A DNA stretch of 64,000 nt, from contig NC_043010.1 in assembly GCF_006345805.1 (NCBI RefSeq), positions 11,966,001-12,030,000 on the forward strand. Reading direction: 5' to 3'. The position numbers and the translations under genes were made by a program. Shown one piece after another: positions 24,958 to 38,595 of this stretch (positions are counted from its first letter, which is position 1; every line of letters starts with the position of its first letter). The stretch comes from Octopus sinensis. Its lineage: Eukaryota. Below the pieces are notes generated by a model. That model made no database searches, was not told the origin of the DNA, and saw only the letters and a list, made by a program, of their open reading frames with translations.

Positions 24958-26541
24958 TTGTGTGCATGTGACTGCACATGTGCATATGTGCGTGTGTTTG
25001 TGTGTGCATGTGTGTATGTACATGTGTGTGTACATGTGTATGTATATGTGTGTGTGTGCATGTGTATATGTGTGCATGTGTGTGTATGTGCATGTGAGTG
25101 CACATGTGCATATGTGTGTGTGTTTGTGTGCATGTGTGTATGTACATGTGTGTGTACATGTGTATGTATATGTGTGTGTGTGTGTGCATGCACATACAAT
25201 GCATCTATGTGTGAATGTATATGCATTGAGAGAGAAGTTCAATAGTTGTGAATGCATGTGTGTGCATGTGTGTGTATGTGTGTGTATATGTGTTTGTGTG
25301 TGCATGTGTGTATGTACATGTGTAAATGTGTGTACATGTGTGTGTATATGTGTTTGTGTGTGCATGTGTGTATGTACATGTGTAAATGTGTGTACATGTG
25401 TGTGTATATGTGTTTGTGTGTGCATGTGTGTATGTACATGTGTAAATGTGTGTACATGTGTGTGTATATGTGTTGTGTGTGCACCTGTGGTATGTACATG
25501 TGTAAATGTGTGTACATGTGTGTTGTATATTGTTGTGTGTGCATGTGTGTATGTACATGTGTAAATGTGTGTACATGTGTGTGTATATGTGTTTGTGTGT
25601 GCATGTGTGTATGTACATGTGTAAATGTGTGTACATGTGTGTGTATATGTGTTTGTGTGTGCATGTGTGTATGTACATGTGTAAATGTGTGTACATGTGT
25701 GATATGTGTTTGTGTGTGCATGTGTGTATGTACATGTGTAAATGTGTGTACATGTGGGTGTAATGGTTTGTGTGTGCATGGTGTATGTACATGTGTAAAT
25801 GTGTGTACATGTGTGTGTATATGTGTTTGTGTGTGCATGTGTGTATGTACATGTGTAAATGTGTGTACATGTGTGTGTATATGTGTTTGTGTGTGCATGT
25901 GTGTATGTACATGTGTAAATGTGTGACATGTGTGTGTATATGGTTTGTGGTGTGTTGTGTATGTACATGTGTATGTTGTGTGTGTAGATGGTACTTAAGT
26001 TGTATGTGATTTGACAAATATGGTGTGTATAGTGTTTGTGTGTGCATGTGTGTAGTACATGTGTAAATGTGTGTACATGTGTGTGTATATGTGTTTGTGT
26101 GTGCATGTGTGTATGTACATGGTTAAATGTGTGTACATGTGTGTGTATATGTGTTGTGTGTGCATGTGTGTATGTTAATGTGTAAATGGTGTACATGTGT
26201 GTGTATATGTGTTTGTGTGTGCTGTGTGTATGTACATGTGTAAATGTGTGTAAATGTGATGTATATGTGTGTGTGTGCATGTGTGTATGTACATGTGTAA
26301 ATGTGTGTACATGTGTGTGTATATGTGTTTGTGTGTGCATGTGTGTATGTACATGTGTAAATGTGTGTACATGTGTATGTATATGTGTTTGTGTGTGCAT
26401 GTGTGTATGTACATGTGTAAATGTGTGTACATGTGTATGTATATGTGTGTATGTGCATGTGTGCATATGTGTATGTGCGTGCACGTGCAATGCATCTATG
26501 TGTGAATGTATATGCATCGAGAGAGAAGTACAATAGTTGTG
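24958..26541. repeat. TG-rich 60-bp minisatellite
   Basis: Unit tgtaaatgtgtgtacatgtgtgtgtatatgtgtttgtgtgtgcatgtgtgtatgtacatg; lines 25321 and 25381 are identical. Confidence 0.92.
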
Positions 26542-27047
26542 GGAAAATAAAGAAGAGGACCAGGGACCAGCTGTTTTGATATCATAAGTATAAGGCATCT
26601 ATTGTGTTTAGTGGAGTTAGAGTAAGGGAAGGAAAAAACAGACTTTGCTTCTACTCTATGGTTGAGTGGTTAATAATAAAAAATGAACCCAGCTGTGAAA
26701 GCAATGCCTCAGGCGAATAAAGCATATGATCGATGCAAGCTTGGAAAGAATAGATAGATGTAAGACAATAAAAAGATATATATATACATATATATAATGT
26801 TCCAACGGACAGATACCTGCAGTCCATCTATGGCTGGAGTGTTAATAATTTAGAAAGATATTTAAACCACCCAAACAGCAGCAATTTGTTCTCTGACATT
26901 CCCACTAAACTACCATAGCAGACAATTATTTCTACATCACATTTAATACTCACTACCATTACTCATAACAAATTATCTAGTGTCTCTTAGTCACAAGAAG
27001 AATGAACAAAATAGGCAACATTTTCACTTAAACCTGTTGGTTCACTG

Positions 27048-27082
27048 CAACACACACAAACACACACACAGACGCACACATA

Positions 27083-27113
<31 letters not shown>

Positions 27114-27697
27114 TCACATGCACATACATTCACATGCACATACATTCACGCATGCACACACACACACTCACATGCACATACATTCACGCACACACACACA
27201 TACACACACACACATGCACACACACACACACTCACATGCACATACATTCACACACACATACAAACACACACACACACACACAGATGTACACACACGCTCA
27301 CATGCACATACATTCACGCACACACACACAAACACACACAACCCGAAACCCACACACACACACACACTCACATGCACATACATTCACGCACACACACACA
27401 AACACACACAACCTGAAACCCCCACACACAAACACACACACACAAACACACACACACGCACACACACACACACATACACACACACATGGACACACACACA
27501 CAGATGCACATACACTCGTGTGCACACACACACAAACACAACCCGAAAACCCCACATACAAACACACACACAACCCGAAACCTCCACACCAAAAACACAC
27601 AAACACACACACACACACACACCACAAACACAACCCGAAACCCCCACATACAAACACACACACAACCCGAAACCTCCACACACACAAACACACACAA

Positions 27698-27728
<31 letters not shown>

Positions 27729-28213
27729 ACCCGAAACCCCCACATACAAACACACACACAACCCGAAACCTCCACACACACAAACACACACAAACACACA
27801 CACACACACACACAACACAACCCGAAACCCCCAATACAAACACACACACAACCCGAAACCTCCACACACACAAACACACCAAACACACACACACAACACA
27901 CACACACACAACAAACAACACACACACACACAACACACACACACACAAACACAACCCGAAACCCCCACATACAAACATACACACAACCCGAAACCTCCAA
28001 CACACAAACACACACAAACACACACACACACACACACACACCACACACACACAACCCGAAACTCCCACATACAAAACACCACACCACCCGAAACCTCCAC
28101 ACACACAAACACACACCAACACACACACACACACACACACAAACACAACCCGACCCCCCCCCATACAAACACACACACACCCGAAACCTCCACACACACA
28201 AACACACAAAAAA

Positions 28214-28244
<31 letters not shown>

Positions 28245-28760
28245 ACCCGAACCCCCACTACAAACACACACACAACCCGAAACCTCCACACACACAAACA
28301 ACACACAAACACACACACACCACACACACACCACACAACCCGAAACCCCCACATACAAACACACACACAACCCGAAACCTCCACACACACCAAACCACAC
28401 AAACACACACACACACACACAACACACAAACACACACCACACCCACACACACACACACCAACACCCAAACCCGAACCCCCACATACAAACACACACACAA
28501 CCCGAAACCTCCACACACACAAACACACACAAACACACAACACCACACACACACACACACACAACAACCCGAAACCCCCACATACAACACAACACACACA
28601 ACCCGAACCTCCACACACACAAACACACACAAACACACACACACACACAACACAAACACACACAACCGAAACCCCCACATACAAACACCACACACAACCC
28701 GAACCCCCCATACAAACACACACACAACCCGAAACCTCCACACACACAAACACACACAAA

Positions 28761-28791
<31 letters not shown>

Positions 28792-28946
28792 ACCCGAACA
28801 CCCCACATACAAACACACACACAACCCGAAACCCACACACACAAACCCAAACACACACACATACACACACACACAAACACAACCCGAAACCCCCACATAC
28901 AAACACACACACAACCCGAAACCTCCACACACACAAACACACACAA

Positions 28947-28977
<31 letters not shown>

Positions 28978-29060
28978 ACCCGAAACCCCCACATACAAAC
29001 ACACACACACAACCCGAAACCCACACACACAAACCCAAACACACACACATACACGCATGC
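27048..29060. repeat. CA-rich compound minisatellite with ACCCGAAACC motifs
   Basis: Alternating aacccgaaacccccacatac and aacccgaaacctccacac subunits separated by (CA)n. Confidence 0.92.
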
Positions 29061-29361
29061 ATGTACATATTCATATGTGGAGAGTAATGGAAAGAGCTGA
29101 AATGACTACAGCTTTCTGTTTGATGAAGTACCAACAAAGAATATATATATACATATATGTTAATCAGTTGTTATTTACTAAAACACAAAAAAAAAAAACA
29201 GTAATAAATATATAAATAAATGCATACCTAAGATTTACTAGTTATTAACTTTAAACATAGTACACAATAGTCTTCCTTTTTTCTTCTTTCCCTTTTTTAA
29301 AATATTGAATTTGATTGAGATTATAATTTTGATCAAATAATTTTTCACCTTTTATAAAATA

Positions 29362-29530
29362 TATTTCTTTATTGCCCACAAGGGGGCTAAACATAGAGGG
29401 GACAAACAAAGACAGACAAAGGGATTAAGTCGATTACATCGACCCCAGTGCGAAACTGGTACTTTATTTATCGACCCCGAAAGGATGAAAGGCAAAGTCG
29501 ACCTCGGCGGTGTTTGAACCCAGAACGTTA
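29362..29530 (-). mobile_element. SINE family C (Tx1-like tail), 5'-truncated
   Basis: Reverse complement of the 61141-61322 unit. Confidence 0.88.
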
Positions 29531-29782
29531 TAAAATAAGGAAATAGATATGCATGAAACATTTTTACTTAGCTATTGTTTTAATTCCTTTTTTTTAAAAT
29601 TTTTTTTGGTTATTTTATGTTGCTGCTTTCTGTGACATTTCCATTTGATAAAACTGTTTTAGGAATGTACCAAATAAAGAGTCACGTCTAATTAAAGTCG
29701 TATATGTATGCAGAAGCTGTTGCGGTACATTTTTTCACAGTAAATTTATTATCTGGGAAAATAACATGCAATTTTTGTGACT

Positions 29783-29945
29783 GGAGTAAATGTGGTTGTG
29801 TGTGATAAGACGCTTGCTTACCAACCACATGGTTCCGGGTTCAGTCCCACTGTGTAGGACCTCATGCAAGTATCTTCTACAATAGCCTCAAGTCAGCCAA
29901 AGCCTTGTGAATGAATTCGATAGATGGAAACTGAAAGAAGCCCGC
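29783..29945 (+). mobile_element. SINE family A, 5' half (diverged)
   Basis: cttgcttaccaaccacatggttccgggttcagtcccactg...gaaactgaaagaagcc. Confidence 0.82.
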
Positions 29946-29946
29946 C

Positions 29947-29979
<33 letters not shown>

Positions 29980-30004
29980 TTGTATACTATCGCCACCTAA
30001 ATAT

Positions 30005-30219
30005 ACTCTTTTACTCTTTTACTTGTTTCAGTCATTTGGTTGTGGCCATGCTGCAGCACCGCCTTTAGTCAAGCAAATCAACCCCAGGACTTATTCTTTG
30101 TAAGCCTAGTACTTATTCTATCGGTCTCTTTTGTTGAACCGCTAACTTACGGGGATGTAAACACACCAGCATCGGTTGTCAAGCGATGTTGGGACGTACA
30201 AACACAGACACACAAACAT

Positions 30220-30250
<31 letters not shown>

Positions 30251-30265
30251 CATATATATATGTAT
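30005..30265 (-). mobile_element. SINE family A, 3' half
   Basis: Reverse complement of the family A tail. Confidence 0.88.
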
Positions 30266-31569
30266 ATAGGTGGTGGTGGTGGTGGTGGTGGTGGTGGTGA
30301 TGTAATGGTTTGATGTATCACCAATTTGAAACACGTTTGAAACACGTTCTGAAACGTTCTGATAAATAATTTCTAAACCAAGAATGCGAATTAAGGATTT
30401 TGAATTTGTTGATCTTATTTTTTTTCTACCCCACCTTAACCCTGCTCAACCAATTCTATGATGAAAGCTGTTTCAGCAGGGACCATTTTATTCAATCATT
30501 TCCCAAACGCTGTATATTTAGAAGCTTACATTCTTTATTTCCTTACAGTTTTCAGAGGGACGCTGTTATCTGACAGATGCATTTAGACTTTCTATGTGCT
30601 GACTTGCCAATTTCAGTTACATGCAAAAGATGAGATATGTGATGTAGTTTTGGTAACATGTCATGAATTTTAATTTCTGACCATGAGGGGCCCGTAAAGC
30701 TTGAAGTGCCTTGAGCCTCACCAAGGTTTAAGTTCAGCTCTCCCTATAGTAGAAGACACTTGCTCAAGATTCCCATACTGTCACTGAACCCAAAACTACA
30801 TTGTTACCCTGTATGGCTTAACAGTATACACATACACACACACACGTACATGTGCACACACACACATGCACATACATATATTCAGCAGTATCGGTACCAG
30901 GCAGTGTTTCGGCATAAGTGAACTTTGGATTAGTTAAAATATGTTTGTGGCATATTTCAACTTCTAACGGCTAATTCACTTTAATTACTGTGGAGAAAAT
31001 ACATCATATCTGCCCAGTGCTGCTCTGTGTTAGATTCCCAGATGATTTTCTAGCTCTTTAGCCATTATCAACAGGAAATGCTGATGGGAGGTAAATTTGG
31101 GCAGATTTCAAAGCCATAGCTTTCACTAAAACAGTCATCAACATTGACAGTCATGCTATGGGACTGCCAGGTTGGAAGAAATTCAGCAGTTCAGTACCAA
31201 ACAGCAGTGTTTAGACTTATGTAAACTTTAAGTGGATTAAAATGTGTTTGTGATTTTTAAAGCTACAAAATTTCAGACCTTGGACGTATAGTAGAAAGAA
31301 TTATTATATGTACTTGAAGTGAAACTTGCAGTGTTCATTTAGTGACATAGTTAGAATGTGTGCCACCTGAGTGCAGCACCTTAAGTTTGACCCCCCCCCA
31401 TCACCACCCTCCACTCCACAGAGCTGCTGCAACCCACAAACCTATACAGACTTATTCAGCAGACCAAGAAATGCTGTCCCTATAAAAGCATAACTCAGGA
31501 GAGACCCTACCACCACCACCACCACCTCACTCCTTCTGTAGCTATGCTACTGTGTCTATTCATATCTAG

Positions 31570-31856
31570 CATTCCATTGGTTACGAAGACAAGAGTTCCA
31601 GTCGATCCAATCAACAGAACAGCCTGCTATTGAAATTAATGTGCAAGTGGTTCAGCACACCACAGATGCATGTAGCCTTAATGTAGTTGCCAAGAAGATT
31701 CAGTATTACACAGAATGTGACTAAAGTGGCCCTTTGAAATCTTTTTTCCCAGCTGAATGAACTGGAACAACATGAAATAAAGTGTCTTGCTCAAGGACAT
31801 AACGCATCGCCAAGAATTGAACTCATGACCTTATGACCATGAGCTGAATACCCTAA
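31570..31856 (-). mobile_element. Old tRNA-SINE with a tail similar to 24330-24514
   Basis: ggttacgaagacaagagttccagtcgatccaatcaacagaacagcctgct is the reverse complement of the 24440-24500 tail, diverged. Confidence 0.6.
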
Positions 31857-32091
31857 TCTGTTTCTTTATTACCCACAAGGGGCTAAACACAGAGGGGACA
31901 AACAAGGACAGACAAACGGATCAAGTCAATTATATCGATCCCAGTGCATAACTGGTACTTAATTTATCGACCCCCAAAAGGATGAAAGGCAAAGTCGACC
32001 TCGGCGGAATTTGAACTCATAATGTAGCGGCAGACGAAATACGGCTACGCATTTCGCCTGGCGTGCTAACGTTTCTGCCAGCTCACTGCCT
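31857..32091 (-). mobile_element. SINE family C, full length, with 12-bp TSD
   Basis: TGAATACCCTAA at 31845-31856 and 32092-32103; head ggcagtgagctggcagaaacgttagc, B box gagttcaaattcc. Confidence 0.92.
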
Positions 32092-32741
32092 TGAATACCC
32101 TAACCATTAAGGCACATGCATTAAGCACTTGACTGAAATAAGTACTAGAGGTTGATGATCTCAGCTGAAACCTTTTGAAACCAGTGCTCCAGTATGACCA
32201 CAATCTACTGTCTGAAAGCAATAAAAGAACATGTCTGGCAGAGTCTCACACAGTTCTGTCCACTAAATTTCATTCATAGTATTTTAATCAACCAATTTCG
32301 TCGATGGCAGCAGACACATGTCTAAGGATCCCTTTGGTTAAATTGAACCCTGAGCTATATATTTATGAAGTAAACATCTTCATAAACCATACAGCCATAC
32401 CTGCTCACAGACTATCTCAGTGAAATGGTAGAATCATTAGCCCAGCAGACTGACAATCGAACCATCTGCTATCAACCATCTACCATCTGTTATCCTGCGT
32501 AAAGTAAAGTGTTGTTACTCAAGAACACAACACACTACTGGGAATTGAACTCATGACCTTACAATCATAAGCTGAATGTCTTAATCACTAAGGCACATGC
32601 CTTAAGCACCAGACTAAAATATATACTAGCGGTTGATGTGGTCAACTGAAACCTTCCAAAGCTGGCCACAACCTACTGATTGAAAGTAATAAAAGTACAT
32701 ATAGGGTGGAGCTTATCACAGATTTCTCTACCAAATTGAAC

Positions 32742-33240
32742 TCATCCTCATCATCATCATCATCGTTTAACGTCCGCTTTCCATGCTAGCATGGGTTGGA
32801 CGATTTTGACTGAGGGCTGGCAAACCAGATGGCTGCACCAGGCTTCAATCTTGATCTGGCAGAGTTTCTACAGCTGGATGCCCTTCCTAATGCTAACCAC
32901 TTCAAGAGTGTAGTGGGTGCTTTTTACGTGCCACTGGCATGGGGGCCAGTCAGGCGGTACTGGCAATGACCTCGCTCAAATCTTTTTACATGTGCCAGTG
33001 AAGCAACGTTGGTAATGATCACACTCGAATGGTGCCCTTTTACGTGCCACGGGTACGGAAGCCAGTTGGCTGCTCTGGCAACGATCACGCTCAGATGGTG
33101 CTCTTGGCACCCTACAAGCACAGGCATAAGTGCCAGTAAGGTGACGCTGGTAACGATCATACTCGAATAGCTGCTCTGTCAACGATCACACTCGTATGGT
33201 GCTCTTTGCACCCCGCTAGCATGAATGCCAGTCATCGAAT
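32742..33240 (-). mobile_element. RTE-derived non-autonomous element
   Basis: (cat)n-cgtttaacgtccgctttccatgctagcatgggttggacg and tggatgcccttcctaa; internal tandem repeats. Confidence 0.8.
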
Positions 33241-33489
33241 TGATTTTGATTTTGACTCATGCGCTTAAAATTATGAGCCAAATACCCTGACCACTAAACC
33301 ACGTACTTTCTCTATAAGTATGTGTCTATGAGTATGTATATGTGTAGAGGCCATATCAGAACAATTACCCTCACTTGTTAATTACTCCCTCTCCAATATA
33401 TTAAGAAGTTTTAAATCATCATCTGTTGTACTCATGGGAAATTATCCTTGGGGGTTATTATCCATGGTGGGGTAAATGTCCTAGATTCA

Positions 33490-33732
33490 TGGAGGTTCGT
33501 GGCTTACTGGTTAGTGTGTAAGGCTCATGGTTGTAAGATTGTGGATTCAGTTCCTGGACAAGGTGATGCAAAACACCTCATTTCACATTGCTCCTGTCCA
33601 CTCAGCTGGCAAAAATTAGTAATCTCGTAACAGACCAGTGTCCCATCCAGGTGGAGATTTTATATGCCATGAAACCAGAAAACTGGCCCTTATGGGTCAA
33701 CAGGACTTGAGAAGATAACTTTACCTTTACTA
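33490..33732 (+). mobile_element. tRNA-derived SINE family D
   Basis: Similar to 34183-34438; ends agataactttacctttac. Confidence 0.65.
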
Positions 33733-33741
33733 TAAGTATAA

Positions 33742-34136
33742 CTCTCTTTTTTTACTGTTTTACTTGTTTCAGTCATTTGACTGTGGCCATGCTGGAGCAC
33801 CGCCTTTAGTCGAGCAACTTGACCCCAGTACTTATTCTTTTGTAAGCCCAGTACTTATTCTATCGGTCTCTTTTGCTGAACTGCTAAGTAATGGGGACGT
33901 AAACACACCAGCATCGGTTGTCAAGCAATGCTAGGAGGACAAACACACACACGCATATATATATACATATATACGACGCGCCTCTTTCAGTTTCCGTCTA
34001 CCAAATCCACTCACAAGGCTTTGGTCGGCCCGAGGCTATAGTAGAAGACACTTGCCCAAGGTGCCACGCAGTGGGACTGAACCCGGAACCATGTGGTTGA
34101 TTAGCAAGCTACTTACCACACAGCCACTCCTGTGTC
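33742..34136 (-). mobile_element. SINE family A, full length
   Basis: Family A sequence. Confidence 0.92.
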
Positions 34137-34182
34137 CATAAGTAAGGACATAAGTATGTGTCCATAAGTATGTATGTGTGTA

Positions 34183-34438
34183 GAGGTGTGAGGCTTGGTG
34201 GTTCGGGTGTAGTACTCATGGTCGTAAGGTTGTGGTTTTGATTCCTGGGCAAGATGATGCATTGTGTTTATAAGTAAAACACTTCATGTCATGTTGCTCC
34301 AGTCCACTCAGCTGGCAAAAATGAGTTACCCTGCAATGGACTGGCATCCTGTCCAGGTTGAGTATATATTCACTAAGAAAACCAGGAAACCAGCCCTTAT
34401 GAGTCAGTACAACTCGAGGAGATAACTTTACCTTTACT
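34183..34438 (+). mobile_element. tRNA-derived SINE family D
   Basis: Similar to 33490-33732. Confidence 0.65.
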
Positions 34439-34464
34439 ATAAGTATGTGTCTATAAGTAGGTGT

Positions 34465-34881
34465 CTCTCTTTACTCTTTTACTCTTTTACTTGTTTCAGT
34501 CATTTGACTGCGGCCATGCTGGAGCACCGCCTTTTAGTGGAGCAAATCAACCCCGGGACTTATTCTTTGTAGCCCCAGTACTTATCTAATCGCTCCTCTT
34601 TGCCGAACCGCTCTGATGGGTGGCGGTGACGTAAACACACCAGCATTATTGTCAAGCAATGCTAGGGGACAAACACAGACACACCACACACACAATATAT
34701 ATACATATAATACGACAGGCTTCTTTCAGTTTCCGTCTACCAAATCCACTCACAAGGCATTGGTCCGGCCCAGGCCGGGGCTATAGCAGAAGACACTTGC
34801 CCAAGATGCCATGCAGTGGGACTGAACCCGGAACCATGTTGTTGGTTAGCAAGCTACTTACCACACAGCCACTCCTGCGCC
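34465..34881 (-). mobile_element. SINE family A, full length
   Basis: Family A sequence. Confidence 0.9.
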
Positions 34882-35382
34882 TATGTCTATCCACATTTAT
34901 ACATTTATGCAACCACAACAGTATGGGTGTGTAGCGTTTATTATAAATTTTGAACTACTGGACTTTGAAAAATCTCTTCCTACATACTTATGCCCCACCC
35001 AGCATGCACTTGGAAATTCAAGTCAACAGCAGTGTTTTGACGCCTGGTGGTTATTATTTCGGTCATCTGAGATCATTGATAATAACCTTTGAGAAAGAGA
35101 TGAACACCACATAATCCATTTTTTATTTCTTTATATAAATCCATGGCCTTGTAACAGTGTTTAAAGCCAAGTTGAGTATTTTATTTATGGTTGGTTGGAG
35201 AAATATCTGGAAAAAAAAAACTGCTATTGAAATCAATAATAGTAGATAGATAGGGAGAGAGAAAGGAGGGAGAGGAAGGAGAGAGAGGAAGGAGAGAGAA
35301 AGAGAGAGAGGAAGGAGAGAGAAAGAGAGAGAGGAAGGAGAGAGAAAAATACTTATCATTTCTGTTATTAATGTTCAACAAC

Positions 35383-35453
35383 ATGATGTGACAATAGAGA
35401 TTGTGATGGTAATGGAAGAGGTGCTGATGATGAAGATGATGATGATGGTGATG

Positions 35454-35485
<32 letters not shown>

Positions 35486-35548
35486 AATGATGATGGTGAT
35501 GGTGATGTTGATGATTATGAAGCTGATGATAATGATGATAATGATGAC

Positions 35549-35584
<36 letters not shown>

Positions 35585-35614
35585 GGTGATGATGAAGCTG
35601 ATGATGATGATGAC

Positions 35615-35645
<31 letters not shown>

Positions 35646-35910
35646 GTCATGATGATGAAGATGATGATGAAGATGATAATGATGATGAAGCTGATGATGA
35701 TGATGACGATGATGATTGCAATGACTGTAACAATGGAGACAATAATGATATCATGATGACAATCATGAAAATCACAAAGATGATGATGACGATGATGATA
35801 ATGATGATCATCATCATCATGACGAAATGAAGGTCATGATCATGAGAGTGATGACGATGATTAGGAGGAGGAGGAGGGGGAGGAGGAAGATCATGATGAG
35901 GATGATAGAG
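35383..35910. repeat. (GAT)n triplet field
   Basis: Seen directly. Confidence 0.95.
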
Positions 35911-36349
35911 GTGGCGAGGAATAATAACGGGGGATGGGTGGAAACTTGCAGATGAGAATGACAAAGGCGGGGAGGTGGGGGGGATAGTGGGGGGGAACAA
36001 ATACCGACAGAGGTAGAGGTAGAGCTAGCAGTTGTAATTAATAGTACCGATAGAACTACTTAATGTATTCTTAATTTATTATTAAACTTTCTCTCCCTCT
36101 CTCCCTAACTCCACCACCGCCGCCGCCCCCTTACTCTCACCCCCACCTCCCTCCCTCCCAGTCTCTGAACCTTGACACACTGCTATAATCTCTCGTGTAT
36201 GTAAGTTATTTTGTAATATCTTTCATTGCCTTTAATATTTAATGTTTTGCTTCCCTTTTACATTGACTCGGTCCAATGGGCTGGACACTTAAACCAGCAC
36301 AGTGGAAGTAAAATATTTGTGATAATCAATGGACTTCATTATTTCTCAG

Positions 36350-36367
36350 CACACACATACACACACT

Positions 36368-36401
<34 letters not shown>

Positions 36402-36890
36402 TGTATGTATTTATATATAGATATATATGTATGTATAAAAAGATATATATATATATATATTTATTATATATTATGTATACACATATACACATATACACAC
36501 ACACACACATATATATCTATATCTACATCTCTATCATCTCTCATCTCTCTCTTTATATAGCTATATTATATATATGTATATAATATATATATATATATAT
36601 ATTATAAATATATATATGTATATATACTATATACTAATATATATATATTATATATATTTTATGTATGTATATGTATATGTATATATATACATTTATATAT
36701 ATATACATATATATATAAATATGTATATATGTATATTTCATATATGTATATACATATGTATGTATCTATACATACATACATACTTACATACATACATACA
36801 TACATACACACACATATATATATATATATATATGCATGGATGTGTGTGTATTTGTTTATATGTTTGTATGTATGTATGTATATATATATT
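36350..36890. repeat. (TA)n/(TATG)n field
   Basis: Seen directly. Confidence 0.93.
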
Positions 36891-37239
36891 TGATTTGACA
36901 TTTTACAAATAAACACAAATTTATTTAAGAACATAAAGGACACTTCAGTTGAGACAGCATTATCTCCCTAACAAAAATTGGTCATTGAACAAACTTTCGA
37001 ATATTATATGAGATTATGTTATGTATAATTTGTTGAATCAAGATAAATTGAGAATAATGTAGCTTAACAAACATATAAACATAGCGACATTAGGAAATTA
37101 ATCCTTCACACCCACCCACCCCCAACCCCCGTCTGGTTTAAAATGGAAAATTAAAAAAACAAACAAACAAACAAAAATCTTAAACCAATGCATTACACCC
37201 AGAGTCATTGATGGATCAGATCAGATATGTGATCCCTAA

Positions 37240-37278
<39 letters not shown>

Positions 37279-37743
37279 TTGTCGTCATCATCCAACATCA
37301 TCAGCATCACTGCCATCTCATCATCATAAGCAGCAGCATCAACATCATCATCATCATCATCATCATCATCCATCATCGTCGTCATCATCATCATCATCCA
37401 TCGTCGTCGTCATCATCATCATCATCATCATCCATCGTCGTCGTCGTCATCATCATAGTCGTCATTGTCACAGTCATCACCATCATCATCATCATCACCA
37501 TCATCATCATCACCATCATCATCATCACCAATACCATCCGTTGTCATCATCATTCAGTGTCATCATAATCTATTGTCATCATCATCCATCAACATCATTG
37601 TTTATCGTCATCAACATCATCATCACCATCACCTTCACCTTCACCATCACTATAATCATCATCATCATCATCATCATCAACAGTACCATCAGCATCAGCA
37701 CCATCATCATCATCATCATCACCACTAACACCACTGTCATCAT
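37240..37743. repeat. (CAT)n triplet field
   Basis: Seen directly. Confidence 0.95.
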
Positions 37744-38155
37744 TGTTTTAATATCCTCGTTTCCATGGTCACGTGGGAGAGGCTGAATTCATTCAGGCAG
37801 ATTTTCGACAGCTCGATGCCCTTCCTGTCACCAATCCTCTCCTCGTTTGTTTCCAAGTAATGTAATGCTCCCTCGTGGCCAGACATGTTTTCATAGCAGA
37901 TTGGAAATGAAGGAAGGAAAGTGCTTGTGTGCCTCTCTGGCACTTGGTTTCAACTATCATACAATGTCAAGGATATATTTCATTAGATATAATATCCTTA
38001 ATTATATTCTACATTCGTTAATTTCATGCTTCTGTAACTATGTCATTATGTATGAAACTTACAACTTGCACACAGACACACACACAAGCACACACACATA
38101 CACACAAACACACACATAGAGATATACACAGATGCACACACACACACATACACAT

Positions 38156-38368
38156 GTTAGTTAGTTAATTTTTTGGCTCAAAAAGCAAATAGCAAGGCCA
38201 TGTAGGGGGATATGGAGTTATGTACAGGGTGGTGTTCATGTAAAGAGTTCAGGACACTTGTGGTCAAGGGAGACTTTGAACCAAGCGGTCATCGGCATCT
38301 TCACCATCTCGTCCAGCAGCTTATTCCACGGATCCGCAACCCGGACGGAGAAAGCCCCTCTCCTGCGA
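38156..38368 (-). mobile_element. CR1-clade LINE 3' fragment
   Basis: My minus-strand translation RRRGAFSVRVADPWNKLLDEMVKMPMTAWFKVSLD; short (CTAA)n tail. Confidence 0.75.
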
Positions 38369-38595
38369 GAGGGCTTCTTATAATTTCCATCTACTAAATC
38401 CTCTCACAAGGCTTTGGTAAGTCCAGGGACGTAAAAGAAGATAGTTAAAAGACAGGATATTCTCAGTAGGAATGCTTCAAATTGTAAGTCTGCATCTGAG
38501 GTATAATCAGATTCTAAAGTTAGTGGGAGCAAGCACATAAAAACAAGGTGCTGTGATATACTAAACAATTTTTAACGCATTTCTCTTATAATACA

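Noticed and set aside
27330-29045. CRISPR-like repeat-spacer appearance
   Set aside because: Spacers are (CA)n rather than unique sequence, the repeat is only ~10 nt, there are no cas genes and the context is eukaryotic.
24823-29215. Very long ORFs (500-700 aa) rich in H/T or C/V on both strands
   Set aside because: They are translations of CA/TG minisatellites that lack stop codons and are open in several frames; no domain content.
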